From IMG/VR virus record IMGVR_UViG_3300010356_002264: a DNA stretch of 64,000 nucleotides. The stretch is one strand, 5' to 3'. The position numbers were made by a program, and so were the translations under genes. The notes under the pieces are model-generated. The model did no database searches, was not told the origin of the DNA, and was given only the letters and a program-made list of their open reading frames with translations. The number at the start of each line of letters is the position of its first letter. Position 1 is the stretch's first letter. Positions 16,461 through 25,539 of the stretch are shown in pieces. Origin of the DNA: a virus. Its lineage: Duplodnaviria > Caudoviricetes.

Positions 16461-16789
16461 ATGCCGAACGTCGCCTGCCTCACCCCCTAAGGTCTGCTCG
16501 GTCGAGGACCCTGGGCAGGTCATGGAAGACATTGAGTGCGCGCTGTCGTTCTGCCCCGAGATGAAGCGGAGCGGCTACCACTACTGGCAGCCGAACGCCT
16601 CTCGGGGGCTCGCGGAGCAGCCGAGCACGGACCTGCCGTCGGGCACGCTGGTGCCCGTGACCCCCCGAAGGGGTCGCGGACACCCTAACCAAGTTTCGGG
16701 AAGCGTATCGAGACGAGATCGAGAAGCTCGCCCGCGCGTACGCGAGCGAGCCGGAGGTAGGCTTTGGGTTCCTCGTGACGTACGAGTGA
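16461..16789 (+). pseudogene. Small gene interrupted by two +1 shifts at ACC-CCC-N
   Basis: Promoter motif points to ATG 16461; removing one C at each C-run gives a coherent ~108-aa ORF ending 5 nt before the convergent gene. Confidence 0.5.
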
Positions 16790-16793
16790 CCGC

Positions 16794-17651
16794 TTACGGA
16801 CGCTGGATGATGGGGCCGTCGACCACGACACCCTCGGTCGCGGACTGCGCGTCGAGGACGAGCCGGGTGTACTTGGTCGACCCGACGCCAGTGAACGGCA
16901 CGAGCGACCCGTCCTCCTTGGCGAAGTAGTCGCCCGGCGTGAGCCCGACGAGGCCGGAGAGCGCGACGCCCGGAGGGGCGTAGGTGACGGTCGCGCCGAT
17001 GGCGTAGGTTCCACCGTCGGACACGCCGATGTACTTCTGGGCGTTGGCGAGCGTCCCGTCGAGCGGGTACACCAGCGCACCGTCTGAGTAGATCGCCGTG
17101 AAGGGGTTGATGATGGCACCGGCGATCGCCGTACGGAACGAGTTGGCGTTCGTGTCGACGACGATCGCACCGGAGGCGTTTTCGATTGCAGCAGGAGTCG
17201 AGGGCATGGCCGATCCTTTCTGGAGGACGATCCCCTTATCTACGAGGACCGTCGTGGAGTTCGTGGCACCCCCCACGCTGCGCGTCATCGCGCCCGTGGG
17301 GACCAAAGCAAGCGGGACCGGAGGCCCCGCGTTGTAGACGAAGTACTGGACGCCTGGCGTGAGCCCCGCGAAGAGCGACGTCAGGCCGGTGTGGCGCACC
17401 ACGACGGGAGATCCGTCCGAAGCAGAGTTCTCCGCGAACCCTGCCATCAGGGAGACGGCGTTCGCTGATCCGTCGAGCGCGCGCACTCGGTCCGCGTCCC
17501 CCAGGGGGAAGTAGACCGCCTGCCCCCGCACCACAGGTCCGCGTGCGGTGGACAGGAAGGTGCAGCACCCATCCGTCTGAGGTGGAGACGGAGGGGTCGA
17601 TCGAGCGCGACGGCGTTCGGGACATCCACACACCCTTGAAAGTAGGGGCAA
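16794..17651 (-). CDS. Putative virion protein with two related beta-rich domains (start uncertain)
   Basis: Repeated LDGS/T.ANA and GLTPG..YF segments. Confidence 0.55.
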   Translation of the reverse strand: MPLLSRVCGCPERRRARSTPPSPPQTDGCCTFLSTARGPVVRGQAVYFPLGDADRVRALDGSANAVSLMAGFAENSASDGSPVVVRHTGLTSLFAGLTPGVQYFVYNAGPPVPLALVPTGAMTRSVGGATNSTTVLVDKGIVLQKGSAMPSTPAAIENASGAIVVDTNANSFRTAIAGAIINPFTAIYSDGALVYPLDGTLANAQKYIGVSDGGTYAIGATVTYAPPGVALSGLVGLTPGDYFAKEDGSLVPFTGVGSTKYTRLVLDAQSATEGVVVDGPIIQRP

Positions 17652-17751
17652 GACGACCCGCGCGGGGGGATCAGTATCTGGTTGGGATCTGTGCGGCCTG
17701 CCTAGCTCAGCTCCGAACCATTGACCCGCATCGACTCCTTCTCAGGAGGAT

Positions 17752-18066
17752 ATGACGATGGGTTGGTCCTGTTCGGTTAAGGCAAGCAACGTGGAGCGAG
17801 CTTGGTCGCGGGCCTGTACGGCCCAGACGGGGGACAGCAACACCTTCCAGAGCGGAGGGCAAACCTACTTCTACGAGGTGTCGCGCACCGAGCACCCGGA
17901 CGGGGCCATCACGGGTACCGTGTTCCGCATGGTCAGCAAGACGCACGCGCGCCCCTCGGGGACCTTTCGCATCAGTGGGGATGGGGAGGTAGAGCGCGCG
18001 CCCGCGTACCTGCGGGACATCGATGTCCCGCAGGTGCCGAAGGTCCCCCTCTTTCAGTTCGTGTAG
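17752..18066 (+). CDS. Hypothetical protein
   Basis: AGGAGG SD; motif at 17707. Confidence 0.7.
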   Translation: MTMGWSCSVKASNVERAWSRACTAQTGDSNTFQSGGQTYFYEVSRTEHPDGAITGTVFRMVSKTHARPSGTFRISGDGEVERAPAYLRDIDVPQVPKVPLFQFV

Positions 18067-18067
18067 C

Positions 18068-18517
18068 TCATGGGCGGGCGGCCTTGGCGGCCTCGGTGAG
18101 GGCGTCGCGGGCCGGGTTGACCATGCGGTCGGCTCGCTCCCGGAACGCCGCCTCGTGACCTGGCATGACCGCGTAGTGGTCACCCAGGTTGCGCAGGTGC
18201 GCGGGGTCGGTGCCGGGGTTCTGCGCGAGCACGGCGAGCTTGTCGCGTCGTCGTTGGCGGGCGACCTCCCACCCCGCGCGGGCGGACGCGCCGATAGCGC
18301 GGTCCGGCACGTCGTCGATCCCCGTGAGACCGGTGTTGCCTGGTCGTGGGGGGCCAGGCTTCGCGCCGCTAGTCCCGTAGGCGAGACGCACCTCTCCGGG
18401 CAGGCGAGGTGCGTCCGTCTGGCAGGAGGGGCAGGGATGAGGGGAGGAGGCTTCGCTTAGGGGGCGACGACGCTCGAAGCGGAGGCCGCACGAGCACTGG
18501 TAGGCGTACAGGGGCAT
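18068..18517 (-). CDS. FmdB-family zinc-ribbon protein
   Basis: MPLYAYQCSCGLRFE...CPSC. Confidence 0.75.
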   Translation of the reverse strand: MPLYAYQCSCGLRFERRRPLSEASSPHPCPSCQTDAPRLPGEVRLAYGTSGAKPGPPRPGNTGLTGIDDVPDRAIGASARAGWEVARQRRRDKLAVLAQNPGTDPAHLRNLGDHYAVMPGHEAAFRERADRMVNPARDALTEAAKAARP

Positions 18518-18536
18518 GCGGGCATGATACGCCCGC

Positions 18537-18911
18537 TCACTGCCGCGTGAACCTGAACCAGAACCAGATGATGTTCACGAGGATCGCTCCCGCGGAGAAC
18601 CCGAGGACGGCTCCATGCAACAGGGCGTCGCGGACGACGCCCTGTTGCGTTCTCGCGGAGATTTTCACCTTGCGCTTCTGGTGCTGCTTCTCCAGGGCCT
18701 CCCAGAACTCTCGGGGCACTTCGAGGTGTTCACCCAGCTTCTCGGCGACGTCGCCCGTGAGCGGGCAGGTCCCATGGACGATCATCTGCATGTAGCTGTT
18801 CGGGATCCCCATCCGACGGGCTAGCTCGGCGGTGGTGAACCCCTTGGCCTGACAGGTCTCCAGGATGGTCATTCCGGGGGGTGTGGAGTAGTCGGGGTTG
18901 AACGCGGTCAT
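18537..18911 (-). CDS. HigA-like XRE HTH protein with C-terminal transmembrane helix
   Basis: PPGMTILE...AELARRMG...AEKLGE...EFW; hydrophobic tail. Confidence 0.7.
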   Translation of the reverse strand: MTAFNPDYSTPPGMTILETCQAKGFTTAELARRMGIPNSYMQMIVHGTCPLTGDVAEKLGEHLEVPREFWEALEKQHQKRKVKISARTQQGVVRDALLHGAVLGFSAGAILVNIIWFWFRFTRQ

Positions 18912-19321
18912 GGCTGCGCCGGCTGCGGGAGGGAGGATGTGGTCTCCGGCACGAACCCCTCGGGGACCGAGCTCCGGTTCTCCAGGCCATCCAGGACGGC
19001 CTGCGTGCAGGGGACGTGGGTGAAGGTGGGTCCCCCCGTGGGGAACTGGTACCATCGACGGCGCTCCTGGTAGAAGTAGGCGAAGCACAGGTGCTTCTCG
19101 GGGTCGAAGAAGTACCGGGGGCGCGACATGCGCTGGTACATCTCCAAGGAGATCGCGTCGCGTTCCTGGGCCGTCTGCCGCGAGTCCCACCATAGGTAGA
19201 ACGAGGCGACGAACACGGTCACGGCGACAACCGTCTGCACCATGAGGTACAGAAGGCTCGCGATGAGCTTCGTCTTCTCCCACAGGAACTCAACAAGGTC
19301 GCTAAAACTTTGGATGTACAT
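18908..19321 (-). CDS. Hypothetical membrane protein
   Basis: MYIQSF...; one TM segment; SD and motif at 19374. Confidence 0.6.
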   Translation of the reverse strand: MYIQSFSDLVEFLWEKTKLIASLLYLMVQTVVAVTVFVASFYLWWDSRQTAQERDAISLEMYQRMSRPRYFFDPEKHLCFAYFYQERRRWYQFPTGGPTFTHVPCTQAVLDGLENRSSVPEGFVPETTSSLPQPAQP

Positions 19322-19391
19322 GAGGGGGTTCCTTTCAGGTCTCCTGTCTCCTTGAGTCCCTGGTCTGGAGCTGAGGCGGGTAGACCTTCGC

Positions 19392-20372
19392 ATGGACAAG
19401 ACCGAGACGTACGTGAGTACCGACATCGAGGCGAACGGACCCGTTCCCGGCCCGCACTCGATGTGGAGCCTGGGAGCAGTGGCCCGCGACCCCAAGGGGG
19501 TCGTGCTCGGCCGCTTCTCCGTGAACTTGGAGGACCTCCCGAACGCCGAGCCAGACCCCGAGACGATGGCCTTCTGGGCGCGGAACCCGGAGGCCCTCGC
19601 GGCGGCCCGCAAGGACCCCGTGCCTCCTGGTGAGGCGATGACGCGCTTCGCCACCTGGCTGCGCGGGCTTCCGGGCAAGGTCGTGTTCGCGGGCTACCCC
19701 GCGACGTACGACTTCCTCTTCGTCTACTGGTACTACTGGGTGTTCGTCGAGGAGATGCCGCCCTTCTCCTTCTCGGGCCTGGACATCAAGACGCTCGCGA
19801 TGGCGCTGCTCCGGCTCCCCTACCGGCAGTCGACCAAGAAGAACTTCCCCCTCCGCTGGACGGAGGGCCTCCCGCCCCACACGCACGAGGCGGCCGGCGA
19901 CGCGGATGAGCAGGGCGAGATCCTGGCCCGCATGCTGGCGGAGCTCCACGCGCCCCACGCGCGCCTCACGCAGGAGGAGGTGATCCTCGTGCGCCGGCTC
20001 CTTCGCGACGCCGTCGCGGGCAAGTGCAGCCTGTCGGACCGCACGCGGGAGGTCGCTGTGCGCCTACACCAGAAGCTCGCGGACGCGGGGCCGAAGGTGG
20101 TTATCGAGTACGCAGTCTTCTCCGCACCCACCTACAGGGGGCGGGTCCCCGCGCGCGAGGACCTGCCTGTCACCCAGCCCGTCCATCCCACCCACATGAT
20201 CCGCGTCCTCTATGGGGGGATCGTCCGCACCTGCACAGTTTGTGAGGCCGGAGGCTACTTGCTGGCTCCTCCTGGCCCTCTCCTCCTCGCCCCATGTCCA
20301 GGCCGTCCATACCCGCGCGACAAGCTCCTGGAGGACGCGGGTGCTTCTCCTGTCGATTCCTCAGCTCCCTAG
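19392..20372 (+). CDS. DEDDh 3'-5' exonuclease (Rv2179c-like) with C-terminal extension
   Basis: STDIEANGP, YPATYDF, LDIKT, THEAAGDA. Confidence 0.8.
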   Translation: MDKTETYVSTDIEANGPVPGPHSMWSLGAVARDPKGVVLGRFSVNLEDLPNAEPDPETMAFWARNPEALAAARKDPVPPGEAMTRFATWLRGLPGKVVFAGYPATYDFLFVYWYYWVFVEEMPPFSFSGLDIKTLAMALLRLPYRQSTKKNFPLRWTEGLPPHTHEAAGDADEQGEILARMLAELHAPHARLTQEEVILVRRLLRDAVAGKCSLSDRTREVAVRLHQKLADAGPKVVIEYAVFSAPTYRGRVPAREDLPVTQPVHPTHMIRVLYGGIVRTCTVCEAGGYLLAPPGPLLLAPCPGRPYPRDKLLEDAGASPVDSSAP

Positions 20373-20419
20373 CTCAAGCGGGGGGTCCGCTGTAGGTCAC
20401 CTCAAACTAGGAGTCCCCT

Positions 20420-22249
20420 GTGGCTAAGAAAAACAAAGAGAAGAAGGGCAAAGAGAAGGACCAGAAGACCGCTCAGCCTACGCCGGACGCGAAGAACTAC
20501 ACCGAGACGTCGATGACGGGGTTTGTCGAGCGCGTCTACACGGACGGTCGGACGATGCTGCACGTCGGTTACTGGAACCTGCTCGACAAGATGCGCCCCT
20601 ACATCGGGGGCGCCACCGTCGAGGGGATGCACAAGAAGAACAACCTCCGGAAGGACCTTGAGAAGCAGAATGGCAAGGACGGGGTCATCGACCTGAACGA
20701 CCTACTCCATGAGTACACCCACATCCTTATCGCGGAGCTCTCCGACAACGGCCACCTCCAGGAGGCGGCCACCTACCTGTCTCGGAAGTGGTACGCGAAG
20801 TTCCCCAACGCGCGCGAGGCGCTCATCGCCTCAGGCAAGGCCCGCTTCGAGGACCTCCCGCTGCTGCTGCCCGTCGGATCCTCCGTCCTGGTGCGCGATC
20901 CGAGCGACTGCAACCGGGACCTCGGGGCCGAGGTCGTCGGGATCTCCTTTGACGCCTGGTGGCATCGCCTCATCTTTGAGGTGAAGTTCATTGAAGGGAT
21001 CAAGGGCAACGCGGTCTACGCGCAGAAGCGGATCCGCGTCCGCGCCCATGATGGCTACCTCCCGTTCGGGGAGCTCAACCTCCGGCCCCTGGACGACCAG
21101 AACCGGGAGCGCCTGTCTCGTCGGGGGGAGACCTTCCTGTCTCTACTCACCCGCGACGGAGCGCACTACGCGCAGTACCACGGCAGCCTGGTGCTGAACT
21201 ACGGCTGGGGCGAGATGACGGTTCGGGCGGATGGCCGCTGCATGATCGACCCGACCGGGTTCGCGCGCTTCGACAAGACCCAGTACGGAGCGTCTCAGAA
21301 CCAGTACAGCAATCGCTGGTGGGAGGTCGCCGACTCGGACAACGAGGATGCCGGTGCTGCGCGCTGCGCGCTGACCCCAGACATGCTGTGGATGACCTCT
21401 CCGATGGTGGCGGGCTACTCGCTGACCGCCAAGCGGTGGGGTAAGTTCCTCATCGCCAACGTCTCCGAGATCAACTTCCGCGACGATGCCATCGACGCGC
21501 TCGTGCTCGACGACCGGAAGAAGAAGCTCATCATCGCTCTCGTCAAGCACAACGACGACAAGCTGCGGTTCCGGGACGTCATCGAGGGCAAGGGCGGGGG
21601 GACGATCTTCCTGCTGCACGGCACGCCGGGAACGGGCAAGACGCTGACCGCCGAGGCGGTCGCTGAGGCCCTGCACCAGCCGCTGTACTCGGTGTCGATC
21701 GGCGAGCTCGGCACCGACCCTGAGTCGCTGGAGAGCAAGCTCACCACCATCCTGGAGCTCGCCGCCATGTGGCGGGCGGTGCTGCTGCTCGACGAGGCCG
21801 ACATCTTCCTGGAGAAGCGCGCCTCGGACATCGAGCGCAACGCGATGGTCGGTGTGTTCCTCCGGCTGCTGGAGTACCACAACGGCGTCCTCATGCTGAC
21901 GACCAACCGCGTCAACGAGTTCGACGCGGCCTTCCACAGCCGGATCTCGCTCGCCATCAAGTACCCCAAGATGGGCCGCGAGACCCGTGAGGCCGTGTGG
22001 ACGCGCCTGCTTAAAGCCTCTGGCTTCGGGCACATCGAAGCCTCCAAGCTCTCCCACCTGGAGATCAACGGACGCGAGGTGAAGAACCTCATCCGCATCG
22101 CCTCCATCTCCGCCAAGGAGGAGGGAGTCGCGCTGTCGGTCCAGCACCTGCTCGACTGCTACGCCCTCCAGCAGGAGTTCATCGCCGACGCGACCGCCTC
22201 CAGCCGCCAGAAGCGCCAGAAGCGCCCGAAGCGGGTCAAGGCCGCCTAG
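20420..22249 (+). CDS. AAA+ ATPase
   Basis: LLHGTPGTGKTLTAE, LLLDEAD, LTTNRV, AFHSRI. Confidence 0.9.
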   Translation: MAKKNKEKKGKEKDQKTAQPTPDAKNYTETSMTGFVERVYTDGRTMLHVGYWNLLDKMRPYIGGATVEGMHKKNNLRKDLEKQNGKDGVIDLNDLLHEYTHILIAELSDNGHLQEAATYLSRKWYAKFPNAREALIASGKARFEDLPLLLPVGSSVLVRDPSDCNRDLGAEVVGISFDAWWHRLIFEVKFIEGIKGNAVYAQKRIRVRAHDGYLPFGELNLRPLDDQNRERLSRRGETFLSLLTRDGAHYAQYHGSLVLNYGWGEMTVRADGRCMIDPTGFARFDKTQYGASQNQYSNRWWEVADSDNEDAGAARCALTPDMLWMTSPMVAGYSLTAKRWGKFLIANVSEINFRDDAIDALVLDDRKKKLIIALVKHNDDKLRFRDVIEGKGGGTIFLLHGTPGTGKTLTAEAVAEALHQPLYSVSIGELGTDPESLESKLTTILELAAMWRAVLLLDEADIFLEKRASDIERNAMVGVFLRLLEYHNGVLMLTTNRVNEFDAAFHSRISLAIKYPKMGRETREAVWTRLLKASGFGHIEASKLSHLEINGREVKNLIRIASISAKEEGVALSVQHLLDCYALQQEFIADATASSRQKRQKRPKRVKAA

Positions 22250-22261
22250 CGGTCCCGCAGC

Positions 22262-22300
22262 TGCACATGGGTCATAGTCGACGACTATGACCCATGTGCA
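22262..22300. repeat. Perfect 19-bp inverted repeat with 1-nt spacer, covering a promoter and start codon
   Basis: TGCACATGGGTCATAGTCG-A-CGACTATGACCCATGTGCA. Confidence 0.9.
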
Positions 22301-22533
22301 TCGCCCCCAAAGACTCCTACTTCCTCATCACGAGCGACGAGGACGGCATCAAGATCCGAGAGATCGACGAAGCTGACCTCGCCGAGTTCCTGTACCACAA
22401 GCCCGGATGCCACGGTGGAGTCCCCGACCAGTACAAGGGGTCGTTCGAGGGCGCGGCGGCGAACAAGTCCCTCGTCATCAAGGGGCGCATCGTGACCCCG
22501 CGACGTCGAGGCCGTCGCTTCGTGTCCTGCTAG
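22294..22533 (+). CDS. Hypothetical protein
   Basis: ORF; variant motif GCAGCTG 37 nt upstream plus CGAC. Confidence 0.6.
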   Translation: MCIAPKDSYFLITSDEDGIKIREIDEADLAEFLYHKPGCHGGVPDQYKGSFEGAAANKSLVIKGRIVTPRRRGRRFVSC

Positions 22534-23627
22534 CCGAACCGCTCGGTGTCGGTGCCTGGAGGTGGGCCGGGAGGTACCTCCCCCGTCGTGGCGAGCACCT
22601 GGATGTCGCGGACGGGCATGTCGAGCGGGTAGTGCTCTGACCACTCGGTCGTGCAGGCAAGGTTCAGGGTCGTGGTGAAGTAGGGCTCGTCGGCGTTGTC
22701 GTCGTAGCTCTCCTCCGAGTCGGCTCCAATACTTACCTGGGATATCTCGATCCCCTCGCTGGACAGGCGGGACCTCGCGACCCCCCAGAGGTAGCTGGCG
22801 GTCTTGTCGGCGATCTCGCGCTGGTCGTGGACGTCGCGCGCGAACACGTCGATGTCCGCCGAGAGCTCCCACTGTCCTCCGTACTCCATCGCGGTGGGCC
22901 GACGGAACGGTTCCACCACGACCCCCACCACGTCCCCCTCGCGGAGGTTACGGCCTATCGCGACCACGACACCCGGTACCGCTGTGGTGAGGGGCGTGTT
23001 CCCCGACACGGGGAACGGTCCTCGCTCCCCAGCGTCGTAGCGGTAGTCGGCGACGGCCGACTCCTTGCGGGTGAGGGGCTTCTTGAGGGTCACGACCCCG
23101 CGCGCGGGGTCGGTGGTGAACTCCGACTCCTCCAGGACGTAGTCGTACGGCTGCACGCGGATCCGCATGGACCGCGGGACGAAGGGGCGGCTTGCCAGCA
23201 GGTCGAGCGGGCCCTTCGGTTTGAGGGTCTCCTTCCGCACGTCGAGGAAGGCGTCCACCAGGACGACGAGCTGCTTGTGGTGCAGGTCGTACGCGAGGCA
23301 GAGCCAGTAGATGCCTGGCGGGGAGGGGAAGGGCTGACCTGGCCGGATGGCGCTTGGGTCCTCGCGGACCCACTCGACGAATGCCCCCCGCTTGCCCGCG
23401 AAGTAGGTGAGACGGACGCGCGAGTGAACCAAGCCCCGGTAGTGGTCGGCGCTCGTGATGACGGGGTTTGCCCCTCCGATCTTCACCACGATCCCCCGCT
23501 GGGGCCGCTCGCGTAATCCGTGCTTACCTTGCACCTGGAGGTCGGGGAACGCCGCGTGGTCGGCCCAGTAGCGCTGAAGCTCCTCGACCAGGCGGCGGCC
23601 GAGAAGCTCGGTCATTCGTAGGAACAT
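22530..23627 (-). CDS. Putative virion (tail completion/neck-like) protein
   Basis: Long ORF; C-terminal DIDVFARD...REIAD pattern reminiscent of tail-completion proteins. Confidence 0.5.
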   Translation of the reverse strand: MFLRMTELLGRRLVEELQRYWADHAAFPDLQVQGKHGLRERPQRGIVVKIGGANPVITSADHYRGLVHSRVRLTYFAGKRGAFVEWVREDPSAIRPGQPFPSPPGIYWLCLAYDLHHKQLVVLVDAFLDVRKETLKPKGPLDLLASRPFVPRSMRIRVQPYDYVLEESEFTTDPARGVVTLKKPLTRKESAVADYRYDAGERGPFPVSGNTPLTTAVPGVVVAIGRNLREGDVVGVVVEPFRRPTAMEYGGQWELSADIDVFARDVHDQREIADKTASYLWGVARSRLSSEGIEISQVSIGADSEESYDDNADEPYFTTTLNLACTTEWSEHYPLDMPVRDIQVLATTGEVPPGPPPGTDTERFG

Positions 23628-23695
23628 CTTGACAGGGGCCGCGTGATAGGGGACGTGCTCAGCTCTTAGGGCCCGCTACCCCTCGGCTCACTCCC

Positions 23696-23893
23696 ATGAG
23701 CGCACCCATGTACGAGTGCACGGGGCCCTGTCGCGGTAAGTGGACGGCGGAGGCGACCTTTCCCTACGGGAAGTGTCCCCGCTGCGGGACTTCCCTCTTC
23801 AACCCCGCCGCCCAACCCCTGCGGGTCGTGCCCCTCTCCGTCTTCATGGCCGAGGAGGCCCGGTCCACATCCCCGGATAAGCTCAAGACATGA
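23696..23893 (+). CDS. Small zinc-ribbon protein
   Basis: CxxxC...CPRCG; motif 37 nt upstream. Confidence 0.6.
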   Translation: MSAPMYECTGPCRGKWTAEATFPYGKCPRCGTSLFNPAAQPLRVVPLSVFMAEEARSTSPDKLKT

Positions 23894-24492
23894 GTCCAAA
23901 CGAACCCTCGCGCCGTGCTATCCCCGCGGCCACCAAGATCCCCCTCGTCGTCATAGGCGAGCCCTTCCAGCGTCCCTGCGATCAGACCGTCGTGGTCTTC
24001 CTCCGCAAGCCCGAGTGGCAGCAGGCGACCCTGATGACGAACGGGATGTTCTCGGTCACCTCCGCGTGGGGAAACTACGCCTACTCGTGGAACGGCTTCG
24101 GGGACGACTTCGTCGGGTGGTTCTGCGGGATCGACGGCAGCTACCTGCTGTCCAAGGTGAACCCCGGCAACGTGTTTGACCGAGAGACGTCCGAGAGAAT
24201 GGCCCGCAACCTCGTGCGAGATCTCCGTCGCGACAATACCATCACTCCCGGCCAGGCACGAGCGCTACGCAAAGACGTCGACATCGGGAGCGAATCGGAG
24301 GCGGTTGACTGGTTCAGCAAGACCCACGCGACGGCGGACTACTCCGAGTCGGTGCGCGTCTCGGACCACACGGACTGGAACGCGGTCCCGGTCGCGAGCA
24401 TGCCAAACCCGCAGGCTGCGGCATACTGTCGTAAGGGCCTGCCCGCCCTCCAGCGGGCGCTTCGGCGAGCTCGAAAGGAAGGGAAGATCTGA
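23890..24492 (+). CDS. Hypothetical protein
   Basis: ATGA overlap. Confidence 0.65.
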   Translation: MSPNEPSRRAIPAATKIPLVVIGEPFQRPCDQTVVVFLRKPEWQQATLMTNGMFSVTSAWGNYAYSWNGFGDDFVGWFCGIDGSYLLSKVNPGNVFDRETSERMARNLVRDLRRDNTITPGQARALRKDVDIGSESEAVDWFSKTHATADYSESVRVSDHTDWNAVPVASMPNPQAAAYCRKGLPALQRALRRARKEGKI

Positions 24493-24746
24493 TGTCCAAG
24501 GGCAGCAGGCGGGTGGTCTTCTGGTCAGCGGTTACGGCCGCCGGCCTTGGCGTGACGCTCGCGGCGGGCACGAGCGCGGGTCAGCGGGTCCTCGGGACGT
24601 GGCAGGACGCGGTCGCCACCTGGACCTCGCTGGGCACCCTCGCGTCAGGTGCCGCTGGGGGCCTAGCGGCCGTTCGTCGCGCGGGCCAGGTGGTTCGGTC
24701 CGTCCTCACGCGGGTCAGCTCCGCGGCGGATCGCCCCGGCGATTAA
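24492..24746 (+). CDS. Small hydrophobic protein
   Basis: TGATG overlap. Confidence 0.5.
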   Translation: MSKGSRRVVFWSAVTAAGLGVTLAAGTSAGQRVLGTWQDAVATWTSLGTLASGAAGGLAAVRRAGQVVRSVLTRVSSAADRPGD

Positions 24747-24751
24747 CCCGC

Positions 24752-25189
24752 ATGGCCACCCTACCGAGCTACGAGATCGTGAGGGCGCGCGAGGACGCGC
24801 GCGTTGCGGCCTTCTTGGCTCCCTACAAGGGGAACGCGTCTTCCGAGGTGCTCAGCCTAGTCCTGACGACCAAGAGGGAGCGCATCGACCAGGCGCTCAC
24901 CCCGTACCGACCAGGGCTCCCCCCGAAGGACCTCGTGCTCCTCCATGCGAGTTGGCAAGCGTATGCTGAGGGGTTTGAGGCGGGTGTCATCTACGACTTC
25001 TACGTCGTCGACGGGGTGCTGTTCTACAAGCTGCACCACGAACCGTGCACGAACATCCGGCCCGTGACTGCGTTCCCCGACTGGGACAAGCTGGAGTTTC
25101 GACCCTGGTGCGCCACCTGGGACGACACGGAGGTGTGGCTCGCCCGGCGACGAGAGCAAACCTTGACAGCCAAGGTTGCCGACAGATAA
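24752..25189 (+). CDS. Hypothetical protein
   Basis: ATG 37 nt after the motif at 24715. Confidence 0.65.
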   Translation: MATLPSYEIVRAREDARVAAFLAPYKGNASSEVLSLVLTTKRERIDQALTPYRPGLPPKDLVLLHASWQAYAEGFEAGVIYDFYVVDGVLFYKLHHEPCTNIRPVTAFPDWDKLEFRPWCATWDDTEVWLARRREQTLTAKVADR

Positions 25190-25197
25190 CTTACCAG

Positions 25198-25391
25198 TTG
25201 GTCACGGGTCCGACGGGATCGCCAGGGCCTCGCCGACCTCGGCGTTAAGGAGGGCTGCCGGAACAGGCTTCTGCGTTGCTTGGTTCCGCAAGCTGGAGGA
25301 GTACACAGGTAACGCAACGGGTTGAGGTGTGATGCTTGCACCCTAACTCCGAAGGGCCGTGTTGGGGTGACCTGACACGGCCCTTCCTTTT
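25198..25391 (+). ncRNA. Candidate small structured RNA or leader ending in a terminator
   Basis: TTGACA(25163)-18-TAACTT upstream; serial hairpins; GAAGGGCCGTGTTGGG/CCTGACACGGCCCTTC followed by CTTTT. Confidence 0.45.
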
Positions 25392-25401
25392 GACCCTCTG
25401 C

Positions 25402-25508
25402 AATCTTTTTTCGGGTACGAGGTCCGACCTGCAATGTTTTTTCGGATTAGAGGCCATTCTCGTAATCTTTTTTCGGGTACGAGGTCCGACCTGCAATGTT
25501 TTTTCGGA
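25402..25508. repeat. Two identical 45-bp direct repeats, containing four AATSTTTTTTCGG boxes at 31-bp spacing
   Basis: Boxes start at 25402, 25433, 25464 and 25495. Confidence 0.9.
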
Positions 25509-25539
25509 GAAGGGCCCAGCCAGGCCCAGGAGGAACGTC

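Noticed and set aside
25402-25508. CRISPR-like repeat
   Set aside because: Only two long copies, the intervening sequences repeat, and no cas genes are present.
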